Assembly: GCA_963759805.1 (NCBI GenBank)
Contig: CAVXAT010000002.1
Coordinates: forward strand, 96,001 to 160,000
Reading direction: 5' to 3'
DNA from: an uncultured bacterium
Lineage (GTDB): Bacteria; Babelota; Babeliae; Babelales; RVW-14
Length of the DNA: 64,000 bases
Below, piece after piece: positions 52,185 to 61,087 of this stretch; within the stretch, counting starts at the first letter, position 1; the number at the start of each line of letters is the position of its first letter. The translations under genes and the position numbers were made by a program. The notes beneath the pieces were generated by a model. It made no database searches and was not told the DNA's origin. It was given only the letters and a program-made list of their open reading frames with translations.

Positions 52185-53330
52185 TTATCTTCCAAGCACC
52201 TCTTGCCATGTAGGCAAAACCATATCATCAATCATTATCTCATTGATCATGCGCAGCGGCAACTCCGACAATGATTGTGCCGGGGAGTTCTCGCCTAGGC
52301 GCGGATGTTGGACGAGGGCTAGCGTTAACATTTGACGTTTTTGAAGTTTTCTTTCTTGCGTAATTCTTTGTGCAGGCAAATTTGTCCATATTACTACTCT
52401 AACCTCAGATCCATTAAATCCATTCTGTGTAACAATCATGGCCGCTATTTGCATCCCATCTGGGCTAAATGCTATTTTGAATACGTAACCATCTCCATAT
52501 TTAAATGTATGAATGCAAGTCTTACTCTGCATATCCCACAACTCAATTTTTCCATCATTGTCTCTATTCTCACATGCGATAGCAAAAAGACTTCCATCCG
52601 AACTGAATGCTACTGCATTTGATGTTGCATAACAATGTCCCACCACGGGCCATAATTCAAACAGTGGAATACATGTGTCTTTACCCAAATCCAATAAACC
52701 AAGACCTTTTAAAAGGCGCGACTCACCTAAAAGGCACGGCCCACAATAAACCAAAATATTATCATACAAATTGAATGCTAACGCATCTACAGAACCACTG
52801 CATTTAATCGTATGTATACGTTCCATAGTCGTCAAATTCCATACACTAACTTCTCCAGAATCATCTCCGGAGGCCAAAATGTTACCGTCTGAGTTGAATG
52901 CTAACGCTTCTACACAGCCACTAACTTCAAATTTATGTATATTCTTGCCCAACTTCAGATTCCATAATGCAACTTCACGCTGACCTCCAGAGGCCAAAAT
53001 GTTACCATTGGGACTGATTGCCAATGCCCATGCTAAACAATCAATTTCAAGATCACGAGTGCAAATCCTAGACTGCATATTCCAAAATTTGAAATGATCA
53101 TACCGTTGCCCCCATTTCCATTTAAACTCATGAACCAAAAATTCTCCCCCATGACTGGTTGCCAACGCAGTCAAAGGCGCACCGCCTTTGTAGCAACCTA
53201 TATTAACTAAAGTCTCATCTATTACACTCTCATCTATGCCTGGTGCTGCAGCCGCCGCCGACAAATTAGCTGCATAAAATAAAACATGTGCAAACAGTAT
53301 TGTTTTAATGCAATTTTTGATATTCTCCAC
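52185..53330 (-). CDS. Secreted WD40-repeat protein with C-terminal HPRLG motif
   Basis: ALAFNSDGNILASG, ELWD repeats; signal peptide ending NLSA. Confidence 0.85.
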   Translation of the reverse strand: MENIKNCIKTILFAHVLFYAANLSAAAAAPGIDESVIDETLVNIGCYKGGAPLTALATSHGGEFLVHEFKWKWGQRYDHFKFWNMQSRICTRDLEIDCLAWALAISPNGNILASGGQREVALWNLKLGKNIHKFEVSGCVEALAFNSDGNILASGDDSGEVSVWNLTTMERIHTIKCSGSVDALAFNLYDNILVYCGPCLLGESRLLKGLGLLDLGKDTCIPLFELWPVVGHCYATSNAVAFSSDGSLFAIACENRDNDGKIELWDMQSKTCIHTFKYGDGYVFKIAFSPDGMQIAAMIVTQNGFNGSEVRVVIWTNLPAQRITQERKLQKRQMLTLALVQHPRLGENSPAQSLSELPLRMINEIMIDDMVLPTWQEVLGR

Positions 53331-54150
53331 TGCCTTGCCCCTTCTTCCAAATGGTTATATTTCCATCAGAACATCCGGCCGCTACTTGCATACCATCTTG
53401 ATTTAACGCCACTGCAGTTACCCACCTAGAACCACATTTGAACACATTTATGCATGCCCTTGCCTTCAGATCCCATAACTCAACTTTTCCTAATTGATCT
53501 ACAAAAGCCAAAAAGTTACCATCTGAGGTGAACGCTGCTGCTTGATCGGAAGGGTATACTGTTTGACTCACTTCCAACACAGAATTACATGTATTTGCCT
53601 TCAAATCTAACAGCTTAACAGCTCGGGCACTCACACAAAAAGCTAAAATGTTGCCATCTGGGTTGAACGCTAATGCGCATACCCAATCTTTACACTCAAA
53701 CTTATGAATAAGTGTGTCTGTATTCAGATTCCATACCTCAACATTTCCGCCTTCCCCAATGGCCAAAGTTTTACCATCCGGACTGAAAGCTACTGAGAAT
53801 ACATAATTTTTGCAGGGAAAAGTAAATATATTTTTTTTCTCGTTTAAATCGACCAAATCAACCTTGCCATTAGATCCCACAGCCAAACCGCCACCTCCCG
53901 GACTAAATGCTAGCGCACGTGCAGAACCAACATATCCAAAATCACAAAAACGTCCATCCGACAAAAATTTCCATAATAGAGCATTCTCATCATGGGCAAA
54001 AGCCAAATCTTTCTCATTCGGACTAAAGGCTAATGCATGGACTGTCGCCTCCCCATACACCGGATCAGCGCAGGCAGCATTGAGATTAGCAGGCCCAAAC
54101 AGAACAAATAAAAACAACCCAGTTTTAATAAAGTTTTTGATACTCTTCAT
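53305..54150 (-). CDS. Secreted WD40-repeat protein
   Basis: ALAFSP, SVAFSPDG, VELWD repeats; signal peptide ending NLNA. Confidence 0.85.
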   Translation of the reverse strand: MKSIKNFIKTGLFLFVLFGPANLNAACADPVYGEATVHALAFSPNEKDLAFAHDENALLWKFLSDGRFCDFGYVGSARALAFSPGGGGLAVGSNGKVDLVDLNEKKNIFTFPCKNYVFSVAFSPDGKTLAIGEGGNVEVWNLNTDTLIHKFECKDWVCALAFNPDGNILAFCVSARAVKLLDLKANTCNSVLEVSQTVYPSDQAAAFTSDGNFLAFVDQLGKVELWDLKARACINVFKCGSRWVTAVALNQDGMQVAAGCSDGNITIWKKGQGSGEYQKLH

Positions 54151-54273
54151 AGATACATCTCCTTATTTTTTCACTAAACATTATTTTGATATAAAGCGTA
54201 TCAAAATATATCGAATTTAATATTAAAAAAGAGAAAGTTTTTTGCAAAATTCACAGTCAGGGAGGCTGTTGTC

Positions 54274-54373
54274 ATCCGCCGTCGCCAAAGCTTGGCTGTA
54301 GCGAGATTTCAGCCTGCCCGTCGAAGTATTAACTACATACCAAATTTTTTTGAACGAATAAAGCGAGGTCGGG
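54274..54373 (-). repeat. Intergenic variant(s) of the hairpin element with an enlarged loop
   Basis: gcctgcccgtcgaag...agcgaggtcggg (54312-54373) matches the ends of the reverse-complemented 489-524 copy; ccgccgtcgccaaagcttggc partial copy nearby. Confidence 0.55.
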
Positions 54374-54387
54374 CGTAATATCACGCT

Positions 54388-56049
54388 TCAAATCATGATC
54401 TTGCCACTATCCGCCGATTCATAGATCAACATTCGTTCTGCTACTCTTTGGAAGAGTGGGGCTGCAACTTCAGATGCCCACAAATGAGTTTTTTGCGGGC
54501 GATTTATAAACGTAACTATAACACGCTTGTAATCACCCTTTTCTAAAATTCCGACAAAAGTATAAATGTGCTCTTTATCCGAATATCCACCAGGTATAGC
54601 ACAGCGAGCTGTCCCCGTTTTACCAAAAACAGTGCATCCACGCACCGGATGAAGGTTTCCAATTCCCAGTAAAATTTCACGCATTTGAGACAGAATTTTA
54701 TCATCATAAAGTTTAATTTTATCAGGATGACAAACTGCCCCCTTTTTTATTTTTGGATCAATAATAAGAGTTGGATTTACCAGATATCCGCCGTTTGAAA
54801 AAATACAGAATGCACGTCCAAGTTGAAGCAATGATGCCATAATCTCATAACCAAATGACATAACTTTTGCAGAATGCTTACTCCAATTGTTTGGAGGGTT
54901 AACAAAGCCATCGCGCTCACCGGGAAACTCAATGCCGGTTTTAGCCCCAAAACCAACCCGTTTTAAATGATCATAATATTTGGGACCAATTCGCCCTACA
55001 ACTTTTGCAGTTCCAACATTGCTTGAAAGTCTGATTACATCTGCAAAGCTCAAAATGCCAAGACTCTTCCAATTTTCTACCTTAAAACCATCAACGTAAG
55101 TAATCTTACCCTCGCAATCAAACTCTTCATCAAGCGTGACTACCCCTTCAGCAATGGCGGCCAGTGCCAAAAATGCTTTCATAACAGAACCCAACTCGAA
55201 ACATTCGGATACAATAAAATTTTTGGTTATATCAAGCTTTTGAATATTTTTCTGATTTGGATCAAACGATGGATAATTAGTCATGGCAATAATCTGTCCG
55301 GTATCAGGATCCAGAACCAAAACAGACCCGGATACAGCTTGATAATTCTGAACAGCACTTTCCAGCTCTTCAAATGCAAGATTTTGAATATTTTTGTCAA
55401 TTGTCAGTTTTACAGGTTTGCCAGAATATCCCTCTTGTTCAATTAATTTTTCAAAATAAAAATTTTTTGATCGTGCATCCTTTTGGATACTCATACGCAT
55501 CGGCTTACCACCAAGCCATTTTTCAAGCTCAAGCTCAATTCCGGATATCCCCCGACCATCAATATCAGTAAATCCAATTAGGTGCGCCAAAGAGGGAGAA
55601 AAATAAAAACGACGAGGTTCATCAATAAATTGAATGTCATCTGTTCCATTTTTTTTCAACTTTGTAACCTGATCATCGGTAAGAATTCGATCAAGCCAGA
55701 GAAAATGCTTATCCGGTCGTGCTTTCATCTTTTTGTAAACAGTAGGATAAAAACGTTTTAAAAACCGCTCTGTCTTTTTCTGCTCATTAAATTGGTGGGG
55801 CAAAATGAAAGCCGATGTAACCTCTCTATTAAATGCAAGCAACTCCTGCCCACTCCTATCAAAAATTTCACCTCGAGGAAGGTTAACTTTTACTGAAAAG
55901 TTGTACTGTTGAGAGGCAAGATCTCTGAAAAAATTTTTCTGATAAATTTGCAACAAAAAAAGTCTCATTAAGATAAGAATATAAAGAGCTCCAAATAAAA
56001 TCAGGACAACACCAAGCCGAATTCTGTAATCTTTTTGATTTTTTACCAT
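54388..56049 (-). CDS. ftsI: Class B penicillin-binding protein (FtsI/PBP2 type)
   Basis: RGEIFDR, GISGIE, ELGSVMK (SxxK), SSN, KTGTA; follows the ftsL-like gene. Confidence 0.85.
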   Translation of the reverse strand: MVKNQKDYRIRLGVVLILFGALYILILMRLFLLQIYQKNFFRDLASQQYNFSVKVNLPRGEIFDRSGQELLAFNREVTSAFILPHQFNEQKKTERFLKRFYPTVYKKMKARPDKHFLWLDRILTDDQVTKLKKNGTDDIQFIDEPRRFYFSPSLAHLIGFTDIDGRGISGIELELEKWLGGKPMRMSIQKDARSKNFYFEKLIEQEGYSGKPVKLTIDKNIQNLAFEELESAVQNYQAVSGSVLVLDPDTGQIIAMTNYPSFDPNQKNIQKLDITKNFIVSECFELGSVMKAFLALAAIAEGVVTLDEEFDCEGKITYVDGFKVENWKSLGILSFADVIRLSSNVGTAKVVGRIGPKYYDHLKRVGFGAKTGIEFPGERDGFVNPPNNWSKHSAKVMSFGYEIMASLLQLGRAFCIFSNGGYLVNPTLIIDPKIKKGAVCHPDKIKLYDDKILSQMREILLGIGNLHPVRGCTVFGKTGTARCAIPGGYSDKEHIYTFVGILEKGDYKRVIVTFINRPQKTHLWASEVAAPLFQRVAERMLIYESADSGKIMI

Positions 56050-56063
56050 ATCTTATCCCTGAT

Positions 56064-56336
56064 TTAAAAACCGGTAAAAGTAATGACTTGGGCAAACTTT
56101 AGTCTTTCCATTCCCCATTTCTCTTGTGCAATTTTTTTTATCTGCCCGGTGCATTTTAAGCCGCATAATTCAATACCCAAGTTGCTACAACTCTTCTTTA
56201 AATCATTTTTTTTCAGTTCTAACCGCTGTTTCTCGTAATTTAATTTTATTATCTGGTTGTGCTGATAAATTTTTATAAATATCAAACACAAAATAAATAC
56301 GCCAACAATACGTCCCAATCGCAAGTTTGTCATCAT
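56064..56336 (-). CDS. ftsL: FtsL-like cell division protein
   Basis: Single TM, coiled coil, IKKIAQEKWGM; directly upstream of the PBP gene. Confidence 0.65.
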   Translation of the reverse strand: MMTNLRLGRIVGVFILCLIFIKIYQHNQIIKLNYEKQRLELKKNDLKKSCSNLGIELCGLKCTGQIKKIAQEKWGMERLKFAQVITFTGF

Positions 56337-56512
56337 TTTAAAATTTCCACTAAACTTTTTAATAAAACCTGATATAATACCATACTGCTTTAATTAAATA
56401 GTATCTGTACGAAATTGATTTTTCTAGATATTATACAATCAGAGTTGTTTTTATTTATTTTATTAACATTATTAATACTATTTTATTTCTCTTTTTTGAA
56501 AGGACTTTTTTT

Positions 56513-56983
56513 ATGATGAAACATTCATCATGGTTGCTGGGTTTGTTGACATTGGTAGTTTTCACGGGTTGTGATTGGTGCAAAAAATGCAAAGAGGGCG
56601 AAGCACCTAAAACAGAACAAACCGCAACAGAAGCTGCTGCTCCAACCGTTGTAATTTCAATTGAGAACAAAGAACAGTTCGAAAATGAAGTTCTCAAGTC
56701 TGACAAGCTCGTAGTTGTTGATTTCTACGCAGATTTCTGCAGCGTATGCAAAGATATGAAACCGGTATTTGAAGAAGTTGCAAACAGCATGAAGGATAAA
56801 TGCAAATTTGTAGCAATCTGCAAAGAAAAGGCAGAAGACGTATTTGCAGCACAAAAGAGCCTTCAAGGCGTTCCAACAATTATAATCTTCAAAAAAGGCG
56901 AAGAACAGGACAGAATTGCAGGGGCAATTTCTAAGGAAGATCTTTCTAAGAAGATTGAAGAAGCACTCGAAGAGCATGAATAA
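56513..56983 (+). CDS. Lipoprotein thioredoxin
   Basis: Lipobox FTGC; VVDFYADFCSVCK, GVPT. Confidence 0.85.
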   Translation: MMKHSSWLLGLLTLVVFTGCDWCKKCKEGEAPKTEQTATEAAAPTVVISIENKEQFENEVLKSDKLVVVDFYADFCSVCKDMKPVFEEVANSMKDKCKFVAICKEKAEDVFAAQKSLQGVPTIIIFKKGEEQDRIAGAISKEDLSKKIEEALEEHE

Positions 56984-56998
56984 GCTCTAAAAGTTATT

Positions 56999-57024
56999 GA
57001 GCCCGCTGAAAAGCGGGCTCTTTT
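56999..57024 (+). terminator. Rho-independent terminator
   Basis: gagcccgct gaaa agcgggctc tttt. Confidence 0.8.
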
Positions 57025-57055
57025 GTTATTTTTAAAGGAAGTTTATTAATTGATA

Positions 57056-57081
57056 GATCCTGAATCAAGTTCAGGATGACA
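57056..57081 (-). repeat. 26-nt palindromic repeat upstream of cysS
   Basis: gatcctgaatcaagttcaggatgaca; reverse complement matches 38344-38369. Confidence 0.8.
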
Positions 57082-57097
57082 AAAAGCAACACCAATC

Positions 57098-58453
57098 ATG
57101 CCAAAAATAAAATTAACTAACACCTTAACTCGAGAAGAAGAGTTTTTTACCCCACAAGAGCCCAATCATGTGAAAATATATGTCTGCGGCATAACTCCGT
57201 ATGATTATTCACATCTTGGCCATGGAAGGTGTTATGTTAATTTTGATGTTTTAGTGAGACTATTCAAATTTCTTGGGTATAAAGTAAATTATGTCCGTAA
57301 CTTCACAGATATTGATGACAAAATTTTAAAAAAAGCTGAGGAACAGGGCGACATAAATCTTTATCCCAAAATTGTTAAAAAATTTATCGAAGCATATCAC
57401 CTAGATATGAAAGCGTTGGGTAATATCAAACCTGACCACGAGCCACGCGTCACCCAGTATATTCCCCAGATAATAAAGTTTATTGAGGGTTTAATAAAAA
57501 ATGGCAAGGCATATGTCATTGATTCCGATGTTTACTTTGATATCGCTACATTCCCAGAGTATGGCAAACTCTCAGGCAGAGAGCTGGATGAGCAAAAATC
57601 CGGTGCACGAGTAGAAGTTGACCTACGTAAACATAATCCTGAAGACTTTGCTTTATGGAAAGGCAATGAAGAAGGTGCGTTCTGGAGATCTCCCTGGGGA
57701 TTTGGACGCCCGGGTTGGCATATTGAATGCTCGGTCATGGCACAAGAGTTACTCGGACAAACTATTGATATACACGGTGGAGGCATAGATTTAATTTTCC
57801 CACATCATGAAAATGAGATAGCCCAGTCCGAAGGACTGCACGGGGTAGTTTTTGCAAGATATTGGTTACACAATGCATTTGTAACAATAAATGAAGAGAA
57901 AATGTCCAAGTCGCTGGGTAACTTTGTAACTCTAAAAGACATTTTTAAACAATTCGATCCAATGGTTCTAAGATACTTTTTCTTGCAACACAACTACCGA
58001 ACGCCAATCGACTTTTCTGATGAAGAATTAAAGGCCAGCCAAGTTGCATACAAAAAATTAGTGACTTATTTTGGCAAAACTTTGGGCCAAGAAAATACGC
58101 AAGTTATAAGCCCTACCGTCATTCTAAAAAATCCATTGGCAGAAAAAATTGTTCAAGCCATATGCGACGATCTTAATACCCCCAAAGCCTTGGGGTTAAT
58201 ATTCGAAAATTTCGCCCAGATTAAAGAAGATGAGCAAACATGCCTGGCTATCAAATTGTTAATACAGCAGGTTTTAGGCTTAACGCTTGATCAGATACAC
58301 GAAGATGTTGTTACGTTAACGCCCGAAATTCAAGACTTAATTGATCAACGGGAGCAGGCACGCAAAGACAAAAATTGGGCGCTTGCTGACAAAATTCGCG
58401 ATCAATTAAAAAATCTTGGGTATGACACCAAAGACAAAAAGCTTGGCTCATAA
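57098..58453 (+). CDS. cysS: Cysteine-tRNA ligase
   Basis: YVCGITPY..HLGH, DFALWK, GRPGWHIECS, FPHHENE, KMSKS. Confidence 0.97.
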   Translation: MPKIKLTNTLTREEEFFTPQEPNHVKIYVCGITPYDYSHLGHGRCYVNFDVLVRLFKFLGYKVNYVRNFTDIDDKILKKAEEQGDINLYPKIVKKFIEAYHLDMKALGNIKPDHEPRVTQYIPQIIKFIEGLIKNGKAYVIDSDVYFDIATFPEYGKLSGRELDEQKSGARVEVDLRKHNPEDFALWKGNEEGAFWRSPWGFGRPGWHIECSVMAQELLGQTIDIHGGGIDLIFPHHENEIAQSEGLHGVVFARYWLHNAFVTINEEKMSKSLGNFVTLKDIFKQFDPMVLRYFFLQHNYRTPIDFSDEELKASQVAYKKLVTYFGKTLGQENTQVISPTVILKNPLAEKIVQAICDDLNTPKALGLIFENFAQIKEDEQTCLAIKLLIQQVLGLTLDQIHEDVVTLTPEIQDLIDQREQARKDKNWALADKIRDQLKNLGYDTKDKKLGS

Positions 58454-58493
58454 AACAATTTAACCCACAAAGTTCTATTTTTTAGGAAACACC

Positions 58494-59708
58494 ATGAAAC
58501 TCACACAATATTTTTTAATCATTTTAATTTCAATCGTATCAATTTGGAATTTAAATGCAGAAATTCCATGTACACACACGACTCTAAAGGTAGACCCTCT
58601 ACATGGAATTTCAATTTCAAGAGATTGTCGTTTTGTTGTAGGAATTACGCTTGCAAATCAATATCTACATCAGGATGGATTTGCACGTTGTAGTGAATGT
58701 TTAAATTTTTGGGATCTATACTCAGGAAATAAACCAATAATAAATTTAGGAGTCACATTTGATATCCTTTTCCCTCAAATGATAACAAGCTCAAGCATAT
58801 CTGATGTATTTGATGATGGCACCATCTTAATTTCTACGCAAACCAGACGTCATACAAGTTCGATTTTAGAATTTAATTCTAATGTAAAAGTAATTAGATA
58901 CAATTTAAATACCAAAGAATTAAATTCCAATTTTTATGAGTATCAAAATGAAGATGATATTTTGGAGGTATTTATTCAAAACTATATTTTATATATAATC
59001 ACAACCAACGGATACCTGCGTCAAATTGATTTAATAACTCATAATGAAGAAGATGTAACAAATTTATTCGAAAATCTTCCAGATGCAATTATATATAAAG
59101 TTAAAGTTTGCAAAGAAGAAAATTTAATTATTATTGCAAATAAGTATAAAGATACATCTAAGCGACATACAGTAAGTTATTGGCATAATAATAACCTTAT
59201 AAATCGTACAAATATACCTTCGGAATACAAATTTGATGGAATGTTTTCCGACGGGTCTTTCCTTTTAAGACGCCAATCTGATCATGGCGCTGGAATTTAC
59301 AATATTAACTCAAAAAAATTTCCTATAATTTCATACTCCCCTAATATCGAAATTTTGGGTTGTGATGTCATAAATGACGACGTTGGATATATTGCTTATA
59401 AGGAAAGATTGGCAACTTTTTTAAAACTAATTTGCAATCAAACCAAAGAAAATGTAATTTTTGAAATGCCAATTTTTCATACATTTTTAAGTGCACGCAT
59501 CTCTGCTGACAATAAAATTTTAAAAATATTTTTACTTGAACAGGGTCATTTTAAAACAATTATGCTAGAAATTTGCTTATTCAATCCGTTTAATCATGTA
59601 ATTAATCAAACAATACGAAAAAATGACAAGTCTGTGGAAATGTTAACAGGAGATTATCAAATAACTAATGGTCCAACTGATACATTTAAAATAAACAAAG
59701 TACCATAA
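58494..59708 (+). CDS. Secreted hypothetical protein, possibly a degenerate beta-propeller
   Basis: 404-aa ORF, signal peptide ending NLNA, GISISRDCRF and LNFWD WD-like fragments; very AT-rich. Confidence 0.6.
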   Translation: MKLTQYFLIILISIVSIWNLNAEIPCTHTTLKVDPLHGISISRDCRFVVGITLANQYLHQDGFARCSECLNFWDLYSGNKPIINLGVTFDILFPQMITSSSISDVFDDGTILISTQTRRHTSSILEFNSNVKVIRYNLNTKELNSNFYEYQNEDDILEVFIQNYILYIITTNGYLRQIDLITHNEEDVTNLFENLPDAIIYKVKVCKEENLIIIANKYKDTSKRHTVSYWHNNNLINRTNIPSEYKFDGMFSDGSFLLRRQSDHGAGIYNINSKKFPIISYSPNIEILGCDVINDDVGYIAYKERLATFLKLICNQTKENVIFEMPIFHTFLSARISADNKILKIFLLEQGHFKTIMLEICLFNPFNHVINQTIRKNDKSVEMLTGDYQITNGPTDTFKINKVP

Positions 59709-59817
59709 AGAACCAGTCAAATGCCTGTACAACAGGATTTTTAGATACAAAACTCAAAATTGTTGTGTGCAAAATGTTGTATACATACAATAATCTTTAA
59801 CAAAAAAAGGATTATTT

Positions 59818-61011
59818 ATGATGGATTACTTTCAAAAAAAGTTGAAACTTTCCAGAAATGTCATTGTAATGGGATTTGTAAGCTTCTTCAATGACACGGC
59901 TTCAGAGATGATATACCCATTAATACCAACATTTTTAACGGTATGGCTGCACGCTCCCGTTTATATAATGGGTTTCATTGTTGGATTGTCTGAGTCAATT
60001 TCAAATATATGTAAAGTTTTTTCCGGCTGGTATTCAGACAAATTAAACACACGTAAACCATTTGTTGTGTTTGGGTACTCATTATCTGCCGTCTCCAAAG
60101 CCATGATTGGGCTAGCATACAGTTGGCCAATGGCAATGGCTGCCAGAGTCGCAGACAGATTAGGGAAAGGGATAAGAGTTTCGGCACGTGATGCCTTAAT
60201 AGCTGATTACACAGAGCCAAAATACCGCGGCCGAGCTTTTGGGTTGCACAGGGGTTTTGATAGCGCAGGCGCAGCCATTGGACCACTCATAGCAATAGTA
60301 TTGCTTTCAGTTTTAAATAATAACCTGCGTGCAATATTTTTATTAAGCCTTATCCCATCAATTATTGGTGTCTTTCTTTTAATGTTTTTAACTGATGGGC
60401 GAAAGCCGGGGCAGATAGAGTCGCTTGACGCACCACACGAAAAGATTGCACTAGTAAACATATCCCCAACATTTAATAAATTTTTGTTAATATCAGTACT
60501 TTTCAATATAGGAAATAGCTCAGATCTATTTTTGATTTTAAGATCACAAAGTCTTGCGCTTTCGCTCACATTAACAATGTCGGCTTACATTCTTTATAAC
60601 CTGACCCACTCACTATTTGCACTTCCGATTGGCATTCTTTCAGACAAAATCGGTACAGAAAAAATTTTAATTTCAGGGTTTCTAACATTTGCCATATCAT
60701 TTGCACTAAGCGGATTCATCACGGATGGAGCGTGGATGTGGCTTGTATTTGTTCTTTATGGGCTTTATCTGGCGCAAACCGAGAGCATAATCAAAGCGCA
60801 CATTGCCAACATTGTTCCCCCAAAAATGTTTGGAACAGCATTTGGACTGTATCAAACGGTAGTCGGCATCTGCACGTTTTTTGCATCATTCATCGCAGGT
60901 CTTTTATGGACATACGTCAGCAGCACGGCACCATTCCTGTTTGGAAGCGTGATGGCAATTATCGCAACAATTTTGTTTGCTTGGGACAGAACAAAGAAAT
61001 TTCGATCGTAA
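59818..61011 (+). CDS. MFS transporter
   Basis: DTASEMIYP, GWYSDKLNTRK, ADRLGKGIR..ARDAL, about 12 TM segments. Confidence 0.92.
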   Translation: MMDYFQKKLKLSRNVIVMGFVSFFNDTASEMIYPLIPTFLTVWLHAPVYIMGFIVGLSESISNICKVFSGWYSDKLNTRKPFVVFGYSLSAVSKAMIGLAYSWPMAMAARVADRLGKGIRVSARDALIADYTEPKYRGRAFGLHRGFDSAGAAIGPLIAIVLLSVLNNNLRAIFLLSLIPSIIGVFLLMFLTDGRKPGQIESLDAPHEKIALVNISPTFNKFLLISVLFNIGNSSDLFLILRSQSLALSLTLTMSAYILYNLTHSLFALPIGILSDKIGTEKILISGFLTFAISFALSGFITDGAWMWLVFVLYGLYLAQTESIIKAHIANIVPPKMFGTAFGLYQTVVGICTFFASFIAGLLWTYVSSTAPFLFGSVMAIIATILFAWDRTKKFRS

Positions 61012-61023
61012 TTAATTCAAAAC

Positions 61024-61062
61024 AAAAAGAGAGTCAAGCACCGCTGCCCAACTCTCTTTTTT
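61024..61062. terminator. Probable bidirectional terminator
   Basis: aaaaagagagt ... actctcttttt between convergent MFS and nrdD genes. Confidence 0.55.
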
Positions 61063-61087
61063 TAATTCTTTTTTATTCAAAAAAATC

